From: a virus
Taxonomy: Duplodnaviria > Heunggongvirae > Uroviricota > Caudoviricetes
Virus record (IMG/VR): IMGVR_UViG_2737471827_000007
Coordinates: 1 to 8,284 of that record
DNA length: 8,284 nt
Direction: 5' to 3' (one strand)
The notes beneath the pieces are model-generated. The model saw only the letters and a list, made by a program, of their open reading frames with translations. It was not told the origin of the DNA and searched no databases. This document shows, one piece after another, positions 5,078-8,284 of the stretch. Position 1 is the stretch's first letter; each line of letters opens with the position of its first letter. The translations under genes were made by a program, and so were the position numbers.

Positions 5078-7354
5078 TCAAATGGGTAACGAGAACCCCG
5101 GCCACTCATCAGCAACCGGATACGTGAATTTTTTCCCGTCATAATTTACGGTCGCGCCACGCGCCAGCGCCTCAAGCTCCCATCGTTGCGGCCTGATACC
5201 GTTCTGAGCGAGGTCAACGCGGATACGGGTAATTTGCAATCGTTCAGACCTGGTCAGTCTGGCAGATGGTGCAATTTCATGCGGTTTTAACGGGATTCCG
5301 TTTCTTTGCTGACGATTTGGTGTTCTCAGTCCGTGTTTTAATGCGCCCCTGAGCGCCATCACGACCTCCGGGTCACTCCATTCGATAACACCGTCATCTA
5401 CCAGATTAAGCACTGCTGCGGCGTGCTCAGAAGGTGTGGGAGCCGGTAACGAAGTATCACCACCGGTGAGCTTTCCACAGTTATTGACAGGACTCCGAGG
5501 CGCGGCGATGCCGCTTTTTAAAGTCAAAGGCTCAACGACCGGCACTTTCGGAACAATGCGCCAGTCCGTCGTTCTGGTGATATGAATATGACGCGCGCCG
5601 AGATGCGGCGCGTAAATGCCGACCACTCTCTCGACTTCTTCCTCGTACTCGTTAACGTCATCCGACGGACTACGGGCGACCCTGACAGTCTGACAATCGC
5701 GCGGGACATTTGCCCCACCCTGCGCGCTGATATACAACGCAAAATCACCACTGTCTGCGGCAGCGCGAGCAGCCTCGACGCGTTCGTCAAACTCATCAGC
5801 AATACTGACGCCGCGAGGCAATTTGCGTAGTTCACGGTAAGCCCCCATTGTCGGCAGTCCAACCGTTTTAAATTGCGGGATGCGCCACGTTGACGCCCAT
5901 GCGGTAACAGCCGCGGCAGTATCTTTAAGCGGCTTACCGGTATCGTTATCGAGCTGACCATCCAGTGCATAGCCGTCGATATTTTTTGAAATGTATTTCG
6001 CGATATATCCCGCAGCACCGCCCCGGTTAAGGTGCTTTGCCTGAAAACGGTTTCGCGCGGCTCCTCTTTCGTCACCATCCTCTTTGAGCGCATAGCGACG
6101 CATGATTTCGATAATCTGGTTACGCTGGCGTGGATTACAAAAAAGCATCATATGCCAGTGCGGCGTTCCGTCGTGGTGTGGCTCGACGACACGCAAACCG
6201 TAGACCTGTAAATCATTATCCTTGAATGCCGTGCGCATCAGGCTCCAGATGCGGCAGAGATAACGCTGCGCATCCTTTGGATTAAATGCCTCATCGTTCC
6301 AGCCGTGATTAAGCTGAACGGTTTTACTTTCGCCTTTTCTGACCTGACGAGTCGGGTGATACTTTGACGGCGCGGTCAGCGTGATAAACATCCCCACATC
6401 ACCCTCTGCGGCGGCGTAACGCTCAATACCGGCAATGGTGTTCATCAGCTCCATCCGGCGAATTTCAGGATTAGAAATACTGCCCATCACCTTACTGATA
6501 AGGTCGATGCGCTCGCCGGTTTCCCTGTTTTCAAGGTCACACGATTTAAGAAATTCCAGATTTGCCTGGCGGCGCGCACGCACATCACGAATGGCGTGTT
6601 TACTGGCATAAGGAGAACGGTCTTTATTGACCTCCCCGACAGCTATCAGTAACGCTTCATGCCAGCGCATACGCTGGCCTTTAAGCTGATGAGTCCACCA
6701 CTCATCGTTAAACAGACGGGCAATGGCAGAATATGCCTGCCTCGTGGTCATCTGCCCTTTACGGTATTTTTTCCAGTAGAGCGGGGAAATATTGAAAGCA
6801 CGTGCAGCGCCAGCAACATGACCATAGAGGTGAGCCTGCGCCTCATCCGTAAACAGCGATTCTTTTTCGCCATGCGCATCCACCCAGGCATCGCTGAGTT
6901 CCTCATACATCATGAAAAGCTGCGATGAGATACGGGCAGCAAACTTTTTCAGCTCCTTGTCATTCATTCCCGGCAGGCGCGCATAGTGGTCACGCTCTGC
7001 CAGAAACAGTAACGACGCGTCGGTGTTCATTTCATGGCGCTGATTCACACGCTCAATGCGCGGCCATAAACGACGCTGAAAAGTGGATGTGAGGAAATAA
7101 AACCCGTGCACCGGGCTTTTATTGCGCCGGATGTAGTCATAGCGTGAAGTAAACAGCGAGCGCAAAAAGTAAGGCAGGCGGTTAATCGTGGATAAAACAC
7201 CTTGCACCTGACGCATCTCGTCACGTGTAAGGGGTCTTTCGCGCCCGACGGCCTCGCGTGGCGCGTTCCATGCATAAGCACCGGTAAACGCCTTACCGGT
7301 GCCTGCAGCAAATGCTGACGGAGGGACAAAACGCCCGGAGGCTTTAACGGCCAT
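5078..7354 (-). CDS. A: rolling-circle replication initiation endonuclease, P2 gpA-like (HUH/Y-X3-Y)
   Basis: 758 aa from ATG 7354 (the ORF opens at TTG 7396, giving 772 aa); P2 gpA is about 761 aa from memory. Contains HUH-type motif PHWHMM and paired catalytic tyrosines in YIAKYISKNIDGY. Confidence 0.9.
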   Translation of the reverse strand: MAVKASGRFVPPSAFAAGTGKAFTGAYAWNAPREAVGRERPLTRDEMRQVQGVLSTINRLPYFLRSLFTSRYDYIRRNKSPVHGFYFLTSTFQRRLWPRIERVNQRHEMNTDASLLFLAERDHYARLPGMNDKELKKFAARISSQLFMMYEELSDAWVDAHGEKESLFTDEAQAHLYGHVAGAARAFNISPLYWKKYRKGQMTTRQAYSAIARLFNDEWWTHQLKGQRMRWHEALLIAVGEVNKDRSPYASKHAIRDVRARRQANLEFLKSCDLENRETGERIDLISKVMGSISNPEIRRMELMNTIAGIERYAAAEGDVGMFITLTAPSKYHPTRQVRKGESKTVQLNHGWNDEAFNPKDAQRYLCRIWSLMRTAFKDNDLQVYGLRVVEPHHDGTPHWHMMLFCNPRQRNQIIEIMRRYALKEDGDERGAARNRFQAKHLNRGGAAGYIAKYISKNIDGYALDGQLDNDTGKPLKDTAAAVTAWASTWRIPQFKTVGLPTMGAYRELRKLPRGVSIADEFDERVEAARAAADSGDFALYISAQGGANVPRDCQTVRVARSPSDDVNEYEEEVERVVGIYAPHLGARHIHITRTTDWRIVPKVPVVEPLTLKSGIAAPRSPVNNCGKLTGGDTSLPAPTPSEHAAAVLNLVDDGVIEWSDPEVVMALRGALKHGLRTPNRQQRNGIPLKPHEIAPSARLTRSERLQITRIRVDLAQNGIRPQRWELEALARGATVNYDGKKFTYPVADEWPGFSLPI
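5484..5503 (-). other. candidate replication origin / gpA nick site inside the A coding sequence
   Basis: Minus strand reads GCGCCTCGGAGTCCTGTCAA. This matches what I recall as the P2 ori sequence cleaved by gpA, and P2 ori is known to lie within the 3' part of gene A. The match is to memory only. Confidence 0.3.
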
Positions 7355-7619
7355 ATGAGCCAAAAGCCTCTGAACAACGCCTGCTGAGTTGCTCAACCTG
7401 CGCGTTTAAATCAGCAAAAGACTTTGCGCTTCCGGTCAGAATATCGTGATGCATCAGGCTGGAAACGAGCTGGCTTAATTTCGGATAATAACCAACCACC
7501 GCCAGCCATTCCTGACCGGCGTTTTTACCGCTTTCCGCTCTCTTTTTCTCGTGGAGAATAAACTGAAAGCTGTCACTGGTAACGACATAACGTTCGCCAA
7601 TTTCAATACGAATACTCAT
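7344..7619 (-). CDS. hypothetical small protein (91 aa) upstream of and overlapping A; early-operon small ORF
   Basis: ATG at 7619 with SD GGAG 6 nt upstream; stop overlaps the A start (7354) by 11 nt, suggesting coupled expression. Translation MSIRIEIGERYVVTSDSFQFILHEKK... has no motif I recognise and no Cys cluster, so it is not an Ogr- or DksA-like finger. Confidence 0.6.
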   Translation of the reverse strand: MSIRIEIGERYVVTSDSFQFILHEKKRAESGKNAGQEWLAVVGYYPKLSQLVSSLMHHDILTGSAKSFADLNAQVEQLSRRCSEAFGSYGR

Positions 7620-7699
7620 GCCGTTCTCCGGTAATGTTTGTTTTTTGCTTCAAAGACTGACTGGCAGGAAACACAACGCGTGGCTGACGGATATCCGGC

Positions 7700-8284
7700 A
7701 TGTTCACAAAATTAATTCAATTGGATGAATTTTCCGGGCAACACCCAATTCACGGACTGCCGCCACTGGCGGAGGCCAACCCTGAAATGACGTTCCTGGA
7801 AAAAGCAGAAATCGAAAAACTGTTAAATGTTTTGGCTGGTGATGACTTACTTGTCGCGCTTTTATGTCTGAGCACTGGAGGAAGATGGACGGAAGTTGCC
7901 ACGCTAAAACCAGCACAGATTACAAATTGCAGGGTTACCTTCCTGAAAACCAAAAACGGTAAAAAGCGAACCGTGCCGATTTCTGAGGAACTGGAGAAAA
8001 AAGTTAAAGAGGAGGCCAGCGCCAAATTATTCAAAGTTGATTATGAGAAATTTTGCGGGATTTTACGCAGAGTGAAACCTGATATACCACCCAATCAGGC
8101 AACCCACATCCTGCGGCATACATTCGCAAGCCATTTCATGATGAATGGGGGCAATATAATCGCACTGCAACAGATTCTGGGACATGCGAGCATTCAGCAG
8201 ACGATGGCCTATGCGCACCTTGCGCCTGACTATCTGCAAAATGCCGTCGCTCTGAATCCACTAAAAGGCGGAGTGACGTTATAA
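7700..8284 (+). CDS. tyrosine recombinase (phage integrase family), catalytic domain only, 194 aa
   Basis: Box I TGGRWTE, box II HILRHTFASHF, and LGHASIQQTMAYAHL with the catalytic Tyr. An in-frame TGA at 7685-7687 limits any N-terminal extension to 4 codons, so the protein lacks the usual arm- and core-binding N-terminal domains of full integrases (330-400 aa). There is no obvious SD. Confidence 0.8.
   Translation: MFTKLIQLDEFSGQHPIHGLPPLAEANPEMTFLEKAEIEKLLNVLAGDDLLVALLCLSTGGRWTEVATLKPAQITNCRVTFLKTKNGKKRTVPISEELEKKVKEEASAKLFKVDYEKFCGILRRVKPDIPPNQATHILRHTFASHFMMNGGNIIALQQILGHASIQQTMAYAHLAPDYLQNAVALNPLKGGVTL

Noticed and set aside
5524-7377. ORFs inside A (5524-6093 -, 5582-5830 +, 6659-6928 +, 7045-7377 -)
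   Set aside because: Alternative-frame or antisense ORFs wholly within the well-supported A gene; no signals of independent genes.
4839-7661. 10-bp match AAAGACTGAC at 4839-4848 and 7650-7659
   Set aside because: A 10-mer pair is expected many times by chance in 8.3 kb; not treated as a meaningful repeat.
7704-8034. Minus-strand ORFs 7704-7916 and 7750-8034 inside the recombinase gene
   Set aside because: Antisense to a CDS with clear tyrosine-recombinase motifs; spurious.
1-8284. CRISPR arrays, tRNA/rRNA genes, IS elements/transposases and att core repeats
   Set aside because: No regularly spaced repeat arrays, no tRNA-like structures that I could identify by eye, no transposase-like ORFs and no terminal inverted repeats. 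Attachment sites presumably lie outside the window, beyond the recombinase 3' end.

Overview
The window is a compact, P2-family (Peduovirus-like) phage-derived region. Left to right: an AT-rich 213-aa cargo gene (-), ogr (-), terminase large subunit P (+) and portal Q (+) with a 1-nt overlap, an intrinsic terminator, a P2-type cos cohesive-end sequence, a ~0.9 kb AT-rich interval with no large gene, replication initiator A (-), a 91-aa ORF (-), and a short 194-aa tyrosine recombinase (+). Capsid, tail and lysis genes are absent between ogr and P, and the C/cox switch is absent between A and the recombinase, so this is either a heavily reduced P2 derivative or a satellite-like cos element. The cos-to-A interval sits where P2 carries orf91-tin-old. 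Here it holds only a 37-codon hydrophobic peptide gene with a consensus SD and an intrinsic terminator, flanked by exact 15-bp direct repeats and preceded by a structured non-coding stretch; this is the most interesting candidate (possible type I toxin-like or small membrane effector module). All family assignments are from reading the translations and from memory of P2 biology; no database search was run.
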